Shown: one piece after another, positions 20,035 to 31,843 of the stretch
Position numbering within the stretch: position 1 is the stretch's first letter
Layout: the number at the start of each line of letters is the position of its first letter
Assembly (NCBI GenBank): GCA_963664705.1
Contig: OY761556.1
Location: 5,504,001-5,568,000, forward strand
DNA from: Acidobacteriota bacterium
GTDB taxonomy: Bacteria > Acidobacteriota > UBA6911
Length of the DNA: 64,000 nucleotides
Direction: 5' to 3'
Notes under the pieces: model-generated
Database searches by the model: none
Told to the model about the DNA's origin: nothing
Seen by the model: only the letters and a program-made list of their open reading frames with translations
Made by a program: the position numbers and the translations under genes

Positions 20035-22707
20035 TTACGAACCGTGACACTTTTTGAATTTCTTGCCGCTGCCGCAGGGGCAGAGGTCATTTCTTCCTAC
20101 CTTTGCGACTTCGCGTTTTGACGGAGCGGGAGCTGCGCCATCACCGCCGCTGTACTGCAGATTCTGCTCTCGTGGCGCTTTCCTGCGTGCTTCTTCATGT
20201 TCCTTTTCCCGGGCATCCTGTTCATCCCTGCTGTTGATCGGTTCAAACAGGTAGAGGAACCGGATGGTTTCCTCCTCTATTCTCGATTGAAGCTCCTCAA
20301 ACATATTGAAGCTTTCTTTTTTATACTCAATCAGAGGATCTCTTTGCCCGTAGCCGCGGAGACCGATACCCTCTTTCAAATGGTCCAGGGCATAAAGATG
20401 ATCTTTCCACTGATTATCCAGGATCTGCAGCATGATCATGCGTTCCTGGAATCGTATGTATTCTGTCCCCAGGCGCTGTTCTTTTTCCTCATATAGCTTG
20501 CGGATGCTGTCGGGAATCTTGTCGGCAAGCTGCTCAAATGTAGCATTCTTGAGATCGAGCCCGAGTTGGGCGATATCCGTGCCGAACTGATTGCCGACGC
20601 TGACTCTGAGTCCTTCGATGTCCCACGTGTCCATGGGCTTTCCGCGCGGCGTATAGCGATCCATCATGTCTGTGATGATGTCGTTGGCGAGCTCCAGGAT
20701 GTACTCCCGCTGATCCGCTCCCTCGAGAAGCTCCCGCCGCAAGGAATAGATGGCTTCCCGCTGCTTATTCATGACGTCGTCATATTCGAGCAGATGCTTG
20801 CGGATTTCAAAGTTGCGGGCTTCTACCTGTCTCTGCGCGCGCTCGATCTGCCGCGTTATGAGCTTGCTCTCAATCGGCACTCCTTCTTCCATGCCCAGCG
20901 ACTGCATGATTCCGGAGATACGGTCACTCGCAAAAATGCGCATCAAGTCATCTTCAAGGGACAGATAGAATCTGGAAGATCCCGGGTCGCCCTGGCGTCC
21001 CGCGCGTCCGCGCAGCTGATTGTCGATGCGCCGCGCTTCGTGCCGTTCGGTTCCAAGGATATGCAGCCCGCCCATATTTACAACGTCGTCGTGATCTTTG
21101 GGACAAACTTCCATCCAGTGGGTCCGGATCTTCTCGTAATCCTCCTTCGGCATGGTCTGCGGGTCGAGCCCCTTTTCCCGCAGGGTCTGCATGGTCAGGA
21201 ATTCGGGGTTGCCGCCAAGCAGAATATCGGTTCCGCGTCCGGCCATGTTGGTCGCGATGGTTACGGCTTTTTTTCGGCCGGCCTGTGCGACGATCTCCGC
21301 TTCCTTCGCATGGTATTTGGCGTTCAGGACAACGTGTGGAATACCCTGTCTCTTGAGAAGCGTGCTCAGCTTTTCCGATTTCTCAATCGAGATGGTACCG
21401 ACGAGAACCGGCCGGCCTTTTTCATACAGGTCTTTGATTTCGTCCACAACGGCGGTGTACTTTTCGCGCTCCGTCCGGTAGATGATGTCGGCGTGCTCCG
21501 TGCGGATCAGCGACCGGTTGGTCGGGATGACGTTCACTTCGAGCTTGTAGATCTTGTAGAACTCTTCCGCTTCCGTCTCGGCCGTACCGGTCATGCCGCC
21601 CAGCTTTTTATACATGCGGAAGTAGTTTTGGAAGGTGATGGTGGCCAGCGTCTGGTTTTCTCTTTCGATTTTGACGTTCTCTTTGGCTTCCAGGGCCTGG
21701 TGGAGACCGTCGCTATAGCGGCGTCCCGGCATGAGCCGGCCGGTGAATTCATCGACGATGACAACCTCGCCTTCCTTCACCATGTAATCGACATCTCTCT
21801 TAAAGAGAAGGTGCGCCTTCAAAGCCTGGTAGGTGTGATGCACCCAGTCCATGTTTTGCGGCTCAAAGAGATTGCCGACGCCGAGCAGTTTTTCAGCCTT
21901 CTCCACGCCTTCTTCTGTGAGATTTACCGTCCGGGCCTTTTCATCGATCTGGAAATCAATATCGCGCCGCAGTTTTGGCACGATTCGGTCTACGCGATAG
22001 TATTTGTCGGTGGATTCTTCTGCGGGTCCCGAAATGATCAGCGGCGTTCGCGCTTCATCGATCAGGATGGAGTCGACTTCATCGACAATGGCGAAATGGA
22101 ATCCGCGCTGTACGCAGTCGCGGATATCATATTTCATGTTGTCGCGCAGATAATCAAATCCCAGTTCGTTATTCGTGCCGTAGGTGATGTCGCAGCCGTA
22201 GGCGGCCTGTCTTTCCTCATCCGTCAGAGGGTGTTGAATGCAATCCACCGAGAGGCCCAGCCCCTTGTAGATCTTACCCATCCATTCAGAATCGCGGCCA
22301 GCCAGGTAGTCGTTCACAGTCACGATATGAACGCCCTTTCCTTCCAGCGCGTTCAAGTAGGCCGGGAGCGTGGCGACGAGCGTTTTTCCTTCACCGGTCT
22401 TCATTTCGGCGATGCGCCCTTTGTGCAGAAAAATTCCGCCAATGAGCTGCACATCGAAATGGCGCATGTTCAGGATCCGTTTCCCGGCTTCGCGCACTGC
22501 CGCAAAAGCTTCGGGCAAGATATCGTCTATGGGTTCGCCATTGGCTAGTCTCTCCTTGAACTTCGGAGTCAGGTCTGCCAACTGCTGATCAGAACGACGA
22601 GCCATTTCCGATTCGAGCTCATTAATGCGCCGAACGATAGGGGCAATCTGCTTCAAATCTCTATCGTTTTTGCTGCCTACTATTTTGGTGAGAATCGTGC
22701 TGAACAT
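20035..22707 (-). CDS. secA: Preprotein translocase ATPase SecA
   Basis: [29 protein letters not shown]-terminal SEC-C ([13 protein letters not shown]). Confidence 0.99.
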   Translation of the reverse strand: MFSTILTKIVGSKNDRDLKQIAPIVRRINELESEMARRSDQQLADLTPKFKERLANGEPIDDILPEAFAAVREAGKRILNMRHFDVQLIGGIFLHKGRIAEMKTGEGKTLVATLPAYLNALEGKGVHIVTVNDYLAGRDSEWMGKIYKGLGLSVDCIQHPLTDEERQAAYGCDITYGTNNELGFDYLRDNMKYDIRDCVQRGFHFAIVDEVDSILIDEARTPLIISGPAEESTDKYYRVDRIVPKLRRDIDFQIDEKARTVNLTEEGVEKAEKLLGVGNLFEPQNMDWVHHTYQALKAHLLFKRDVDYMVKEGEVVIVDEFTGRLMPGRRYSDGLHQALEAKENVKIERENQTLATITFQNYFRMYKKLGGMTGTAETEAEEFYKIYKLEVNVIPTNRSLIRTEHADIIYRTEREKYTAVVDEIKDLYEKGRPVLVGTISIEKSEKLSTLLKRQGIPHVVLNAKYHAKEAEIVAQAGRKKAVTIATNMAGRGTDILLGGNPEFLTMQTLREKGLDPQTMPKEDYEKIRTHWMEVCPKDHDDVVNMGGLHILGTERHEARRIDNQLRGRAGRQGDPGSSRFYLSLEDDLMRIFASDRISGIMQSLGMEEGVPIESKLITRQIERAQRQVEARNFEIRKHLLEYDDVMNKQREAIYSLRRELLEGADQREYILELANDIITDMMDRYTPRGKPMDTWDIEGLRVSVGNQFGTDIAQLGLDLKNATFEQLADKIPDSIRKLYEEKEQRLGTEYIRFQERMIMLQILDNQWKDHLYALDHLKEGIGLRGYGQRDPLIEYKKESFNMFEELQSRIEEETIRFLYLFEPINSRDEQDAREKEHEEARRKAPREQNLQYSGGDGAAPAPSKREVAKVGRNDLCPCGSGKKFKKCHGS

Positions 22708-22885
22708 TGGAGAATATCTCCGGATGGGTATAAATGCGGTAATCTAACAGATAGAAGAGCCTGAGTCAATCCACGCTAAAGCTTTGAGATTCTTTGAGTC
22801 CTGGAATCTTTCCGGCTTATCTTCTGCCCATGGTGATGCGAAATCAGGACTTGACTTACTCTAGGGGCTGGCAGATCTTTGAGCA

Positions 22886-23458
22886 ATGATCGACGCCATC
22901 CGAAAAGCTATAGCCGAAAGCCTCGAACTCAAAAAGACCTTTTTCCAAAAAAATGAGCAGCTCATCGCTAACGTCGCTCGCGAAATCTGTTCCGCTCTCG
23001 AGCAGGGGCGCAAGGTGCTGATCTTCGGTAATGGCGGAAGTGCGGCTGACGCTCAACATATTGCAGCAGAATGGGTTGGAAGATTTCAGCGTGAGCGGAG
23101 GCCGCTCCCGGCCGTTGCTTTGACCACCGACACTTCCATCCTGACTGCGATCGGGAATGATTACGGCTATGATCAGGTGTTTGTACGACAGCTGCAAGCA
23201 TTGGGCCGGGAAGGAGATATCGCCATTGCCATCTCCACGAGCGGCAATTCCCCGAACGTCCTCCTTGCGGCGGAGGCTGCGAGCGAACTGGGGATGGTTA
23301 CCATCGGTCTGACCGGCAGGGACGGCGGGAGATTGGGGCCGAAAGTTCAATACCATCTCAATGTTCCGCACAGCCTTTCGGCAAGAATCCAGGAAGTCCA
23401 TATCATGGTGGGGCATATCCTGTGCGAACTCGCCGACGACAACATGAAAGGGCTATGA
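22886..23458 (+). CDS. gmhA: D-sedoheptulose-7-phosphate isomerase
   Basis: GNGGSAADAQH, NDYGYDQVF, STSGNSPN, ARIQEVH. Confidence 0.96.
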   Translation: MIDAIRKAIAESLELKKTFFQKNEQLIANVAREICSALEQGRKVLIFGNGGSAADAQHIAAEWVGRFQRERRPLPAVALTTDTSILTAIGNDYGYDQVFVRQLQALGREGDIAIAISTSGNSPNVLLAAEAASELGMVTIGLTGRDGGRLGPKVQYHLNVPHSLSARIQEVHIMVGHILCELADDNMKGL

Positions 23459-23462
23459 TTCC

Positions 23463-24434
23463 ATGTCCAAGTACCGGGTTCGGCCTTTCGGCCTGGGCGG
23501 TATCCAAACCTATCCGTTGAAAAGTCGAACAAGCAAAGTGGCCGTCGACCTATTTGCCCAGGCTCACGAGAAAGGCGGGACTGTTTCTGAGTTTCTGCAA
23601 GGGCTTCCATCCATTCTGGCGGCAAAGAACCTCAAAGATCTGGCGTGCGCGATTGTCAATGCTCGAGGCAACGGAAAACCGACGATCTGGGGTATGGGCG
23701 GGCATGTCATCAAAACGGGATTATCCCCTGTTCTGATTGATCTTATGGACAGAGGGCTTGTGACGTCCCTGGCATTCAACGGCTCCTGCCTGGTTCATGA
23801 TTATGAAATCGCTTTAATTGGTTCCACGAGTGAGGATGTGGATGAGCAGCTTCAGACCGGAGCTTTTGGGATGGCTGAGGAAACCGGAAAAGGCATCAAC
23901 CAGGCAATCCGGGAGGGCGTGGAAGAAGGACTTGGGATTGGTGAGTCCCTCGGGCGGCATCTGGCAAAGCTGAATCCGCCCTTCGGACGGTACAGCCTCC
24001 TGCTGCAGGCATACCTGAGAAATATTCCGGTCACGGTTCATGTAACGGTCGGCGCGGATATCATTCACAATCATCCGGATGTTTCCCCGGCCGCGATCGG
24101 AACCGGAAGCCACCGGGATTTTCTGCTTCTGGCCGGCCTTATCGCGGATATGAATGGGGGAGGTGTTTATCTCAACTGCGGATCAGCGGTGACGTTGCCC
24201 GAGGTCTTTCTCAAGTGCGTTACGCTCATTAGAAACAGCGGGCAGCCGTTAAAGGATTTCACCACAGCCAACCTTGACTTTATCCAGCACTACCGACCGA
24301 CCGAGAACGTCATCCGGAGGCCGGTCAAAAATGGTGGAAGAGGCATTGCTATCACCGGCCACCATGAGATCACCATTCCGCTGCTGGCGGCCTGGCTTGT
24401 CGAGCTTTCCCCAGATACAAGGAATGATGAGTAG
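23463..24434 (+). CDS. Deoxyhypusine-synthase-like conserved protein of unknown function
   Basis: MGGHVIKTGL, HDYEIAL...TSEDV, GSAVTLPEVFLK, GHHEITIPLL. Confidence 0.7.
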   Translation: MSKYRVRPFGLGGIQTYPLKSRTSKVAVDLFAQAHEKGGTVSEFLQGLPSILAAKNLKDLACAIVNARGNGKPTIWGMGGHVIKTGLSPVLIDLMDRGLVTSLAFNGSCLVHDYEIALIGSTSEDVDEQLQTGAFGMAEETGKGINQAIREGVEEGLGIGESLGRHLAKLNPPFGRYSLLLQAYLRNIPVTVHVTVGADIIHNHPDVSPAAIGTGSHRDFLLLAGLIADMNGGGVYLNCGSAVTLPEVFLKCVTLIRNSGQPLKDFTTANLDFIQHYRPTENVIRRPVKNGGRGIAITGHHEITIPLLAAWLVELSPDTRNDE

Positions 24435-24472
24435 CGATTGATTTTGGATTGAACGGCGGAAACGGATGAAGG

Positions 24473-25279
24473 TTACCGCTCCGGCAGGCCGACCTTTTCC
24501 CGGAGCTTGATAAGAACTTCAGCATTTTCCATAAAATCGATAAAGCGCTTGTCCTGCCGGACATGATCAAAATCCGGTTGCTTCCGGATCGCATCGATAT
24601 CGGTAAATCCATCCGTGATTGCCTGTTTAAGATACTCGATGGTCAGATCCACCTCTCCCGAAGTCGCCATCAGACGCGCCATGAAGTAGCGGCGTTCTGC
24701 GGAAGATGCGCTGTTGCCAACAAGGCTCACCGCGCTGTTTCGCAACACATTTCGATCGAGCGCCAGCCCTTTGCGCCACTCTTCCATTCCCTTTTCGTAT
24801 TTTTTCCGCTCGAAATAAAGAGAGCCCATATTCATATGAAAGGAGGCTTCGTCATTCTTCATGTTGAGGGCTTTTTTATAATACTTTTCAGCCTTTTTGA
24901 GATCCTTCTGGGCGAAGTAAGCGGATCCGAGATTATTGTAGGCAGAAGGATATTTCGGATTCAGATTGATGGAGCGCGTGAAGGACGTGACCGCCTCCTG
25001 GTAGTACTTCAATTGCAGATAGGCGATTCCGAGTTTGTTAAAAACAAAAGCGTTGTTGGGGTTGTAGCGCGACGATTCAAGATATTTGATCAGCGCGGAG
25101 TAGAAATCCTTCCGGTTGAAGGCCAGATCTCCCTCCTGTGCCGCGGAGTTTGCCTTCAGAATATCTTCATCCGTTACGCGAACCTGCACCACCTTGTGGC
25201 AGCCGGCCAACAAACCGCAGGCAAACACAAATACAACTATCGGGAACTTCAGGCGCGAGTACCAGTTCTTTTTCCGCAC
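24473..25279 (-). CDS. TPR-repeat lipoprotein
   Basis: Lipobox LAGC; several TPRs (AYNNLGSAYF). Confidence 0.85.
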   Translation of the reverse strand: MRKKNWYSRLKFPIVVFVFACGLLAGCHKVVQVRVTDEDILKANSAAQEGDLAFNRKDFYSALIKYLESSRYNPNNAFVFNKLGIAYLQLKYYQEAVTSFTRSINLNPKYPSAYNNLGSAYFAQKDLKKAEKYYKKALNMKNDEASFHMNMGSLYFERKKYEKGMEEWRKGLALDRNVLRNSAVSLVGNSASSAERRYFMARLMATSGEVDLTIEYLKQAITDGFTDIDAIRKQPDFDHVRQDKRFIDFMENAEVLIKLREKVGLPER

Positions 25280-25359
25280 ATCAGACTCCCATCCTGTGCG
25301 CGATCATCCTGGCTATATTTTAGACTTGAGGTGCTTGCTATGCAAGTGAGGACACGCTC

Positions 25360-25749
25360 CTAGAGCGTTCCTACGAAAGTGGATCCCTCGGTTTTGAAAG
25401 TGAGATCCCGCTCAAAGAGTATAAAGTCGACCCGTACGCTGTACTGGACCCGGATGTGCACCTGGCCTGCGAATCGTTCTACCGAAATATTCTGGCGCGT
25501 AAGGCGAATTTCGTTTCGCCTGCCGATGTCTATGATGTCTTTGGCGATGGTCTCGTCGTCAAGGAAGTGAGCACCGGCCCGGCTGACCTCTGTCTTTACA
25601 CCCGATTCCAGATTGAAATCGGCATAAAGAATCGGAGCAAGGACTATGCCCAGATAGATGGCTACTCCGACAATGACGATCAGGAGCATGCATCCAACTA
25701 TTCCTTTCCCTTCTGTTTCATTCAGACGTCGGAAGTAATCGGATCTCAT
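25360..25749 (-). CDS. Small single-TM protein, DUF4845/pilin-like
   Basis: Charged leader ending EG, then a hydrophobic helix; short soluble domain. Confidence 0.55.
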   Translation of the reverse strand: MRSDYFRRLNETEGKGIVGCMLLIVIVGVAIYLGIVLAPILYADFNLESGVKTEVSRAGAHFLDDETIAKDIIDIGRRNEIRLTRQNISVERFAGQVHIRVQYSVRVDFILFERDLTFKTEGSTFVGTL

Positions 25750-25885
25750 TTTCTACACTTCTCCTGGGGGATGTTCAATTCATCGGCAGTATTGGAAAAC
25801 TCATTAAATCTGTGTCGAAAGAAATGCTGAACGGCCATCCAACCTACTATAAAAATCGAGGTTTTAGAAGTCGGATTCCAGCCTT

Positions 25886-27688
25886 TTACTGTTCGACTTT
25901 CAGAATGGCGAGGAAAGCGTCCTGTGGGATCTCGACTTTCCCCAATTTTTTCATCCGCTTCTTCCCTTCTTTCTGTTTTTCCAGGAGCTTTCTTTTCCGC
26001 GTGATATCGCCGCCGTAGCATTTTGCCAGAACGTTTTTCCGCATGGCGCGAACGACTTCCCTTGCGATGATCTTGCTTCCGATGGCAGCCTGAATAGGCA
26101 CTTCGAACATCTGCCGTGGGATAAGTTCCTTCATTTTTACTGCCAGCGCCCGGCCGCGCGTTATTGCGAAATCCTGATGAACGATAAGCGAAAGCGCATC
26201 CACCGGTTCCCCGGCCACCATGATGTCCAACCGGACCAGCTTCGATTCCTGGTATCCACTGAAGTGATAATCCAGCGAGGCGTACCCGCGGGAAGCAGAC
26301 TTCATCCGATCATAAAAATCGAGCACAATCTCATTCAGAGGAAGCTCATAGGTGATGAGTACACGGTTTTGAGTGATGTATTCAAAGCCCTTCTGCACTC
26401 CCCGCTTCTCTTCCGCGAGTTTCAGGATGGGGCCGACAAACTCATCATTGGTGAGAATCATGGCTTTGATCAGCGGCTCTTCGAATTTGGCGATTTCCTG
26501 CACATCGGGAAGCTTGGAAGGGTTGTGGATTTCCAGGACTTCCCCTTTGGTTGTCGTGATGCGATAGCGCACGCCGGGGGCTGTTGTGATCAAATCCAGA
26601 TTGAACTCGCGCTCAAGCCGTTCCTGAACGATTTCCATGTGGAGCAGACCGAGGAATCCGCATCGGAACCCGAATCCGAGGGCTCCGGAAGTATCCGGTT
26701 CGTAAAAGAAAGCGGAATCGTTAAGCTGCAATTTACCGAGCGCATCCCGGAGATCCTCGTAGGCCTCACTATTTGTAGGGTAGAGCCCCGCAAACACCAT
26801 CGGCTTGACTTCCTGAAATCCAGGGAATGGTTCCGGCGTCTGGCGTGCATCTTCGGTAATGGTGTCGCCAATCTTGGTATCGGCTACCCGTTTGATATTG
26901 GCAATGACAAAGCCTACCTCTCCGACCGAAAGCTCCTCGACTTCCACCAGTTTTGGAGTGAGGACACCCACCTGCTCCACGTTGAAGCTCTGCTGGGTTG
27001 CCACCATCCGGATTTTCTGCCCTTTTCTAAGCGTCCCATCGATCACTCGTACGAGGACAATGACACCTCTGTAGGCGTCAAACCAGGAGTCGAAAATCAA
27101 AGCTTTGAGCGGAGCTTCATAGTCTCCTTTGGGCGGAGGCAGCCGATGGACAATGGCTTCGAGAATTTCCTCCGTTCCGATTCCCTGCTTGGCGCTGGCC
27201 AGGATTGCATCTTTGGGATCCAGGCCGATGATGTTCTCCAACTGATCCTGGATGCGCGGGATTTCCGCACTGGGCAGATCGATCTTATTGATGACAGGAA
27301 CTATTTCCAGATGATGATCCAAGGCAAGGTATGTATTGGCGAGCGTTTGTGCCTCCACACCCTGCGCGGCATCGACAATCAGAAGGGCGCCTTCGCACGC
27401 GGAAAGACTTCTGGAAACCTCGTAAGAGAAGTCGACATGACCCGGTGTGTCGATCAGATTGAGAACATAGTCCTCTCCATTTTGAGCCCGGTAGTTGAGG
27501 CGGACCGAATGCGCTTTGATCGTGATGCCCCGTTCCCGCTCCAGGTCCATGGCATCCAGGACCTGGTCAGACATTTCCCGCTTGGTCAGAGCGCCGGTGC
27601 GCTCGAGAAGCCTGTCGGCCAGCGTAGATTTGCCGTGATCGATATGGGCAATAATCGAAAAATTACGGATATGGCTCTTATCACTCAA
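25886..27688 (-). CDS. lepA: Elongation factor 4
   Basis: [42 protein letters not shown]. Confidence 0.99.
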   Translation of the reverse strand: MSDKSHIRNFSIIAHIDHGKSTLADRLLERTGALTKREMSDQVLDAMDLERERGITIKAHSVRLNYRAQNGEDYVLNLIDTPGHVDFSYEVSRSLSACEGALLIVDAAQGVEAQTLANTYLALDHHLEIVPVINKIDLPSAEIPRIQDQLENIIGLDPKDAILASAKQGIGTEEILEAIVHRLPPPKGDYEAPLKALIFDSWFDAYRGVIVLVRVIDGTLRKGQKIRMVATQQSFNVEQVGVLTPKLVEVEELSVGEVGFVIANIKRVADTKIGDTITEDARQTPEPFPGFQEVKPMVFAGLYPTNSEAYEDLRDALGKLQLNDSAFFYEPDTSGALGFGFRCGFLGLLHMEIVQERLEREFNLDLITTAPGVRYRITTTKGEVLEIHNPSKLPDVQEIAKFEEPLIKAMILTNDEFVGPILKLAEEKRGVQKGFEYITQNRVLITYELPLNEIVLDFYDRMKSASRGYASLDYHFSGYQESKLVRLDIMVAGEPVDALSLIVHQDFAITRGRALAVKMKELIPRQMFEVPIQAAIGSKIIAREVVRAMRKNVLAKCYGGDITRKRKLLEKQKEGKKRMKKLGKVEIPQDAFLAILKVEQ

Positions 27689-27733
27689 AATTTATGTTCC
27701 TCAATTCCCTTAGATTCGCACTTGCGAGCTATT

Positions 27734-27808
27734 AACTATACCTCGAAGACCCGAAGGCTCGAAGAATTCCTTTGAGTCTTCGAGTCTGCGAGGTTCAGGG
27801 GGTATAAT
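27734..27808. promoter_or_regulatory. Divergent lepA/uvrB -10 boxes separated by a 53-bp palindrome
   Basis: TATAGT on the minus strand at 27734-27739 and TATAAT on the plus strand at 27803-27808. Hairpin cctcgaagacccgaaggctcgaag...ctttgagtcttcgagtctgcgagg at 27741-27793. Confidence 0.55.
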
Positions 27809-27824
27809 ATTCATTTTTGGATAC

Positions 27825-29909
27825 ATGGCCAGAAAACCTGCAACCGACACAGATCTGACGTATTCCGATATTTCTTATGGGAAGGCGCTTATCCACTCTT
27901 CCCGATTTGAAATCAGCACTCCGTTCCAGCCTTGCGGCAACCAGGCCGAAGCTATTGCTCAGCTTGTGAACGGTGTATCCAATGGCGAAAAGCACCAGGT
28001 ACTTCTCGGCGTCACCGGCTCGGGGAAGACGTTTACCATGGCCAAAACGATCGAAGCGCTGCAGCGACCGGCCGTTGTTCTGGCGCACAACAAAACGCTG
28101 GCCGCTCAGTTATACCGCGAATTCAAAAACTTTTTCCCCAATAATGCCGTCGAATATTTTGTTTCCTACTACGACTACTACCAACCGGAAGCATATATCG
28201 CATCCACCGATACCTACATTGAAAAGGATGCCTTGATCAACGATGAGATTGACCGGTTGCGTCACTCGGCAACGCGTTCGCTCTTCGAGCGGAGAGATTG
28301 CATCGTCGTTGCCAGCGTTTCCTGCATCTATGGACTCGGTTCTCCGGAAGCCTATTATGGGATGCTCCTGTTTCTGGAAAAGGGGCAACAGATCAAACGG
28401 GATGAAATACTGCGGCGCCTCGTCGAGATGCAGTATTCGCGGCAGGACTATGGCCTGGAGCGCGGATGTTTCCGCGCGCGCGGCGACATTGTGGAGGTCT
28501 TTCCAACCTACGAGGATTATGCCGTCCGCATCGATCTGTTCGGGGATGAAATCGAATCCATTGCCCAGATTGATCCGATAACCGGGCGCGTGCTGAAAAA
28601 GCACGAACGGATGCCCGTCTATCCGAAGTCGCATTATGTGCAGCCGCGGGATCAATTGCTGAGGGCGATGGGCAGCATACGGGAGGAACTCGAAGAGTGG
28701 AGAACGAAGCTGGAGCAGGAGGACAAGCTTTTGGAGGCACGCCGCCTGCACCAGCGGACGATGTTTGATCTCGAGATGATGAAAGAACTCGGGTATTGCC
28801 GCGGGATCGAGAACTATTCCCGCCACCTGACCGGGCGAAAACCGGGGGACCCTCCGCCGACGCTGCTGGACTACCTTCCACGCGAGTGGGTTTTGTTTAT
28901 CGATGAGAGTCATGCTACGGTTCCGCAGGTCCGTGGGATGTATTTCGGGGATCGGTCCCGCAAGGAAATCCTTGTGAAATACGGATTCCGGCTGCCATCC
29001 GCCCTGGACAATCGTCCGTTGAATTTCGCTGAGTTTGAAAACCGAGTGAATCAGGTTATATATGTGTCGGCCACTCCCGGTCCCTACGAACTTACAAAAT
29101 CAGCCGGCGTCGTCGTTGAACAAGTTGTTCGGCCGACAGGGCTGACCGATCCGCAGATAGAGATCCGACCCGTGGCTGGTCAGGTCGACAATCTGATGGA
29201 AGAAATCCGGCTTCGCGCGGAATGCAATGAAAGAGTGCTGGTCACTACGCTGACAAAGCGAATGTCTGAAGATCTTGCGGAATATTATACCGAGCTCGGA
29301 TTGAGAGTCCGTTACCTCCACTCTGAAATCGAAACGCTGGACAGGATCAAAATTCTCCGTTCTTTGCGCGCCGGGGAATTTGATGCCCTGATTGGAATCA
29401 ACCTTCTGCGCGAAGGGCTGGATCTTCCCGAGGTTTCCCTGGTTGCGATACTGGATGCGGACAAGGAAGGATTTTTGCGCTCCACTACCTCTCTCGTTCA
29501 GACCATAGGACGCGCGGCAAGGCATATTAACGGCAAAGCCATCCTTTATGCGGATGTGATTACCGGCTCCATGAAGGCGGCTATGGACGAAACCAGCCGT
29601 CGGCGCGCCATTCAACAGCAATACAATGAAGAGAACGACATTACACCTCAGTCGGTCATCAAGCCGCTTGATCCGGAATTGATGCGAATTTATGAAGGCG
29701 ATTACTACGAAGTGCCTGCCGTCGCCGAAGAAGGAAAAGAATATCGCACACTCGAGGAACTGAATCTCGAAATTCAGCGCCTTGAAGAGGAGATGCGAAA
29801 AGCCGCAAAGGAATACGAATTTGAGAAGGCGGCCGCTTTGCGCGACCAGGTTAAAAAACTGAAGAAAACAGCAATGGAGTTTATTTCCCAACCAGAGTCC
29901 TCCCCATGA
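27825..29909 (+). CDS. uvrB: Excinuclease ABC subunit B
   Basis: [28 protein letters not shown]-terminal UVR domain. Confidence 0.99.
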   Translation: MARKPATDTDLTYSDISYGKALIHSSRFEISTPFQPCGNQAEAIAQLVNGVSNGEKHQVLLGVTGSGKTFTMAKTIEALQRPAVVLAHNKTLAAQLYREFKNFFPNNAVEYFVSYYDYYQPEAYIASTDTYIEKDALINDEIDRLRHSATRSLFERRDCIVVASVSCIYGLGSPEAYYGMLLFLEKGQQIKRDEILRRLVEMQYSRQDYGLERGCFRARGDIVEVFPTYEDYAVRIDLFGDEIESIAQIDPITGRVLKKHERMPVYPKSHYVQPRDQLLRAMGSIREELEEWRTKLEQEDKLLEARRLHQRTMFDLEMMKELGYCRGIENYSRHLTGRKPGDPPPTLLDYLPREWVLFIDESHATVPQVRGMYFGDRSRKEILVKYGFRLPSALDNRPLNFAEFENRVNQVIYVSATPGPYELTKSAGVVVEQVVRPTGLTDPQIEIRPVAGQVDNLMEEIRLRAECNERVLVTTLTKRMSEDLAEYYTELGLRVRYLHSEIETLDRIKILRSLRAGEFDALIGINLLREGLDLPEVSLVAILDADKEGFLRSTTSLVQTIGRAARHINGKAILYADVITGSMKAAMDETSRRRAIQQQYNEENDITPQSVIKPLDPELMRIYEGDYYEVPAVAEEGKEYRTLEELNLEIQRLEEEMRKAAKEYEFEKAAALRDQVKKLKKTAMEFISQPESSP

Positions 29910-31201
29910 TCCATTCACTGAATTCCTGTACATCACTGGCCGGTAGCGTTCTTGTACCGGGCGACAAGTCCATTTCCCATCGATACGCCATGATTGCGGC
30001 CATCGCCGAAGGCACGTCCGTAATTGAGCATTTTGCCGCCAGCCGCGATTGCCACAGCACGCTCGGCTGCCTGAGCGCATTAGGGGTCGAATTGTCCGAA
30101 TCGGGCAAGAGAGTAACAATCCGCGGAGCCGGGCTGCGCGGACTGAAAGCGCCTAGAGGTCTTCTCGACGCAGGGAATTCCGGAACCACCATTCGGCTTC
30201 TCTCCGGCATTCTGGCCGGGCATTCGTTCCAGTCCTCCATTTCGGGGGATGATTCCCTTTCGAGCCGTCCGATGGGAAGAATCATGCGGCCCCTGCGGGA
30301 AATGGGTGCGGCGATCGAGTCACGCGAAGGAGAACGTCCGCCGTTGAGCATTCGAGGCGGCAGACTCCAGGCAATCCGCTACAAGCTTCCAGTGGCAAGC
30401 GCACAGGTGAAGTCCTGCGTTCTTCTTGCCGGTTTGTATGCAGATGGGTCGACCGCAGTCGAGGAAATCGTTCCCACGCGCGATCACACGGAAGCTGCGC
30501 TTGTTGAGTTTGGAGGAACTGTACGCATTTCGGGGAATTGGATCGAGGTAGATCCTGAACCTCGACTGCAGGCGCGATGCCTGAGCGTTCCAGGAGATCT
30601 TTCCGGCGCCGCCTTTTTTCTTGTTGCGGCCGCGCTTGTCCCCGGTTCAGATCTGCGGATCCCCGCCATTGGCCTGAATAAAAGAAGACGGGAGCTTCTG
30701 AACTATCTTTTGCGAGCAGGCCTGGATATTTCCGTCGAGAATGAGACTGAAGAAGGGGGTGAGCCGCGCGGAGATTTGCGCGTGCGCTATAACGAAAAGG
30801 CTTTGAGAAAGGCGCTCCCACCAATTCAAGGCAATGAAACCGCAGCCTTGATTGACGAAATTCCCATCCTCTCCGTGCTGGGTTCCCAGGCGGATGGCGG
30901 TCTGGAAATTTCCGATGCCAAGGAACTGCGAGTGAAGGAAAGTGATCGTATCACCGCAATTGCCGAAAACCTGCGTGCGATGGATGCGCTCGTCGAGGAA
31001 AAGCCGGATGGCCTGCTGATTTCAGGTGGGCGGCGTTTGAAAGGTGCGGACATCATCACACGAAGTGATCACCGGATTGCCATGGCATTTGCCATTGCGG
31101 CGCTTGCAGCAGATGGGACTACACGCATTCACGATGCCGAGTCTGCCGACGTCAGCTTCCCCGGTTTCTGGCATGCTCTTTCCGGGGTCGGACCGAAGTA
31201 A
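29906..31201 (+). CDS. aroA: EPSP synthase
   Basis: [41 protein letters not shown]. Confidence 0.98.
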   Translation: MIHSLNSCTSLAGSVLVPGDKSISHRYAMIAAIAEGTSVIEHFAASRDCHSTLGCLSALGVELSESGKRVTIRGAGLRGLKAPRGLLDAGNSGTTIRLLSGILAGHSFQSSISGDDSLSSRPMGRIMRPLREMGAAIESREGERPPLSIRGGRLQAIRYKLPVASAQVKSCVLLAGLYADGSTAVEEIVPTRDHTEAALVEFGGTVRISGNWIEVDPEPRLQARCLSVPGDLSGAAFFLVAAALVPGSDLRIPAIGLNKRRRELLNYLLRAGLDISVENETEEGGEPRGDLRVRYNEKALRKALPPIQGNETAALIDEIPILSVLGSQADGGLEISDAKELRVKESDRITAIAENLRAMDALVEEKPDGLLISGGRRLKGADIITRSDHRIAMAFAIAALAADGTTRIHDAESADVSFPGFWHALSGVGPK

Positions 31202-31243
31202 ATTGCTGATTCAAATAGATTCAAATATGCGGATGAATCCCGG

Positions 31244-31834
31244 TTATTTCTTCAGTGCGCGCTCAATGAGGGTTTTGAGGCGGGCGCGAGCTCTAAATAC
31301 CTTCAGTCGCGCTGCCTGCTCAGTACACTTGAGTGTTTCTGCGATCTTGGAGTAGGGAACAACCTCGAGGTCCCGGAGGACGACGGCCATGCGCTGCTGG
31401 TCGGGCAGTTGGTCCAGCATTTTCCGAAGAAGGGCCTGCAATTCCTGCCGGTCGTCTCCTGAATCGGGCGGAGTCTCGTTCTGATTGATCAGTTTTTCGA
31501 TACTGCCGGTGTCGTCCAGGCTCAGCTCGGTAAAGGTATGGGTTTTCTGGCGCCGGATGCGCCGGAGTTCGTCATAGCATTGATTGATGGCGATGCGATA
31601 CAGCCATGGAAAGAATGGGCGGCGCACATCAAATTTTGGCAATGAAAAATAGATTTTGGTAAAAATTTTCTGAGCTACATCTTCGACTTCACTTCGATAG
31701 CCGATGTAGTGGTAAGCCAGATTAAAGACGGTCTGCTGGTATTTGCGCACCAATTCTTCGAATGCAAGCGCATCCCCTTGTTGGCATTGCTCTACCAGCT
31801 TGCGATCGTCATCCGGGTATGGTTCCTGCCACAC
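31244..31834 (-). CDS. ECF sigma factor with no adjacent anti-sigma
   Basis: AFEELVRKYQ, FFPWLYRIAIN, region 4. Confidence 0.9.
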   Translation of the reverse strand: MWQEPYPDDDRKLVEQCQQGDALAFEELVRKYQQTVFNLAYHYIGYRSEVEDVAQKIFTKIYFSLPKFDVRRPFFPWLYRIAINQCYDELRRIRRQKTHTFTELSLDDTGSIEKLINQNETPPDSGDDRQELQALLRKMLDQLPDQQRMAVVLRDLEVVPYSKIAETLKCTEQAARLKVFRARARLKTLIERALKK

Positions 31835-31843
31835 AGACGGATC

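Noticed and set aside
20566-22548. 660-aa plus-strand ORF
   Set aside because: Antisense shadow of secA.
26177-27775. 532-aa plus-strand ORF
   Set aside because: Antisense shadow of lepA.
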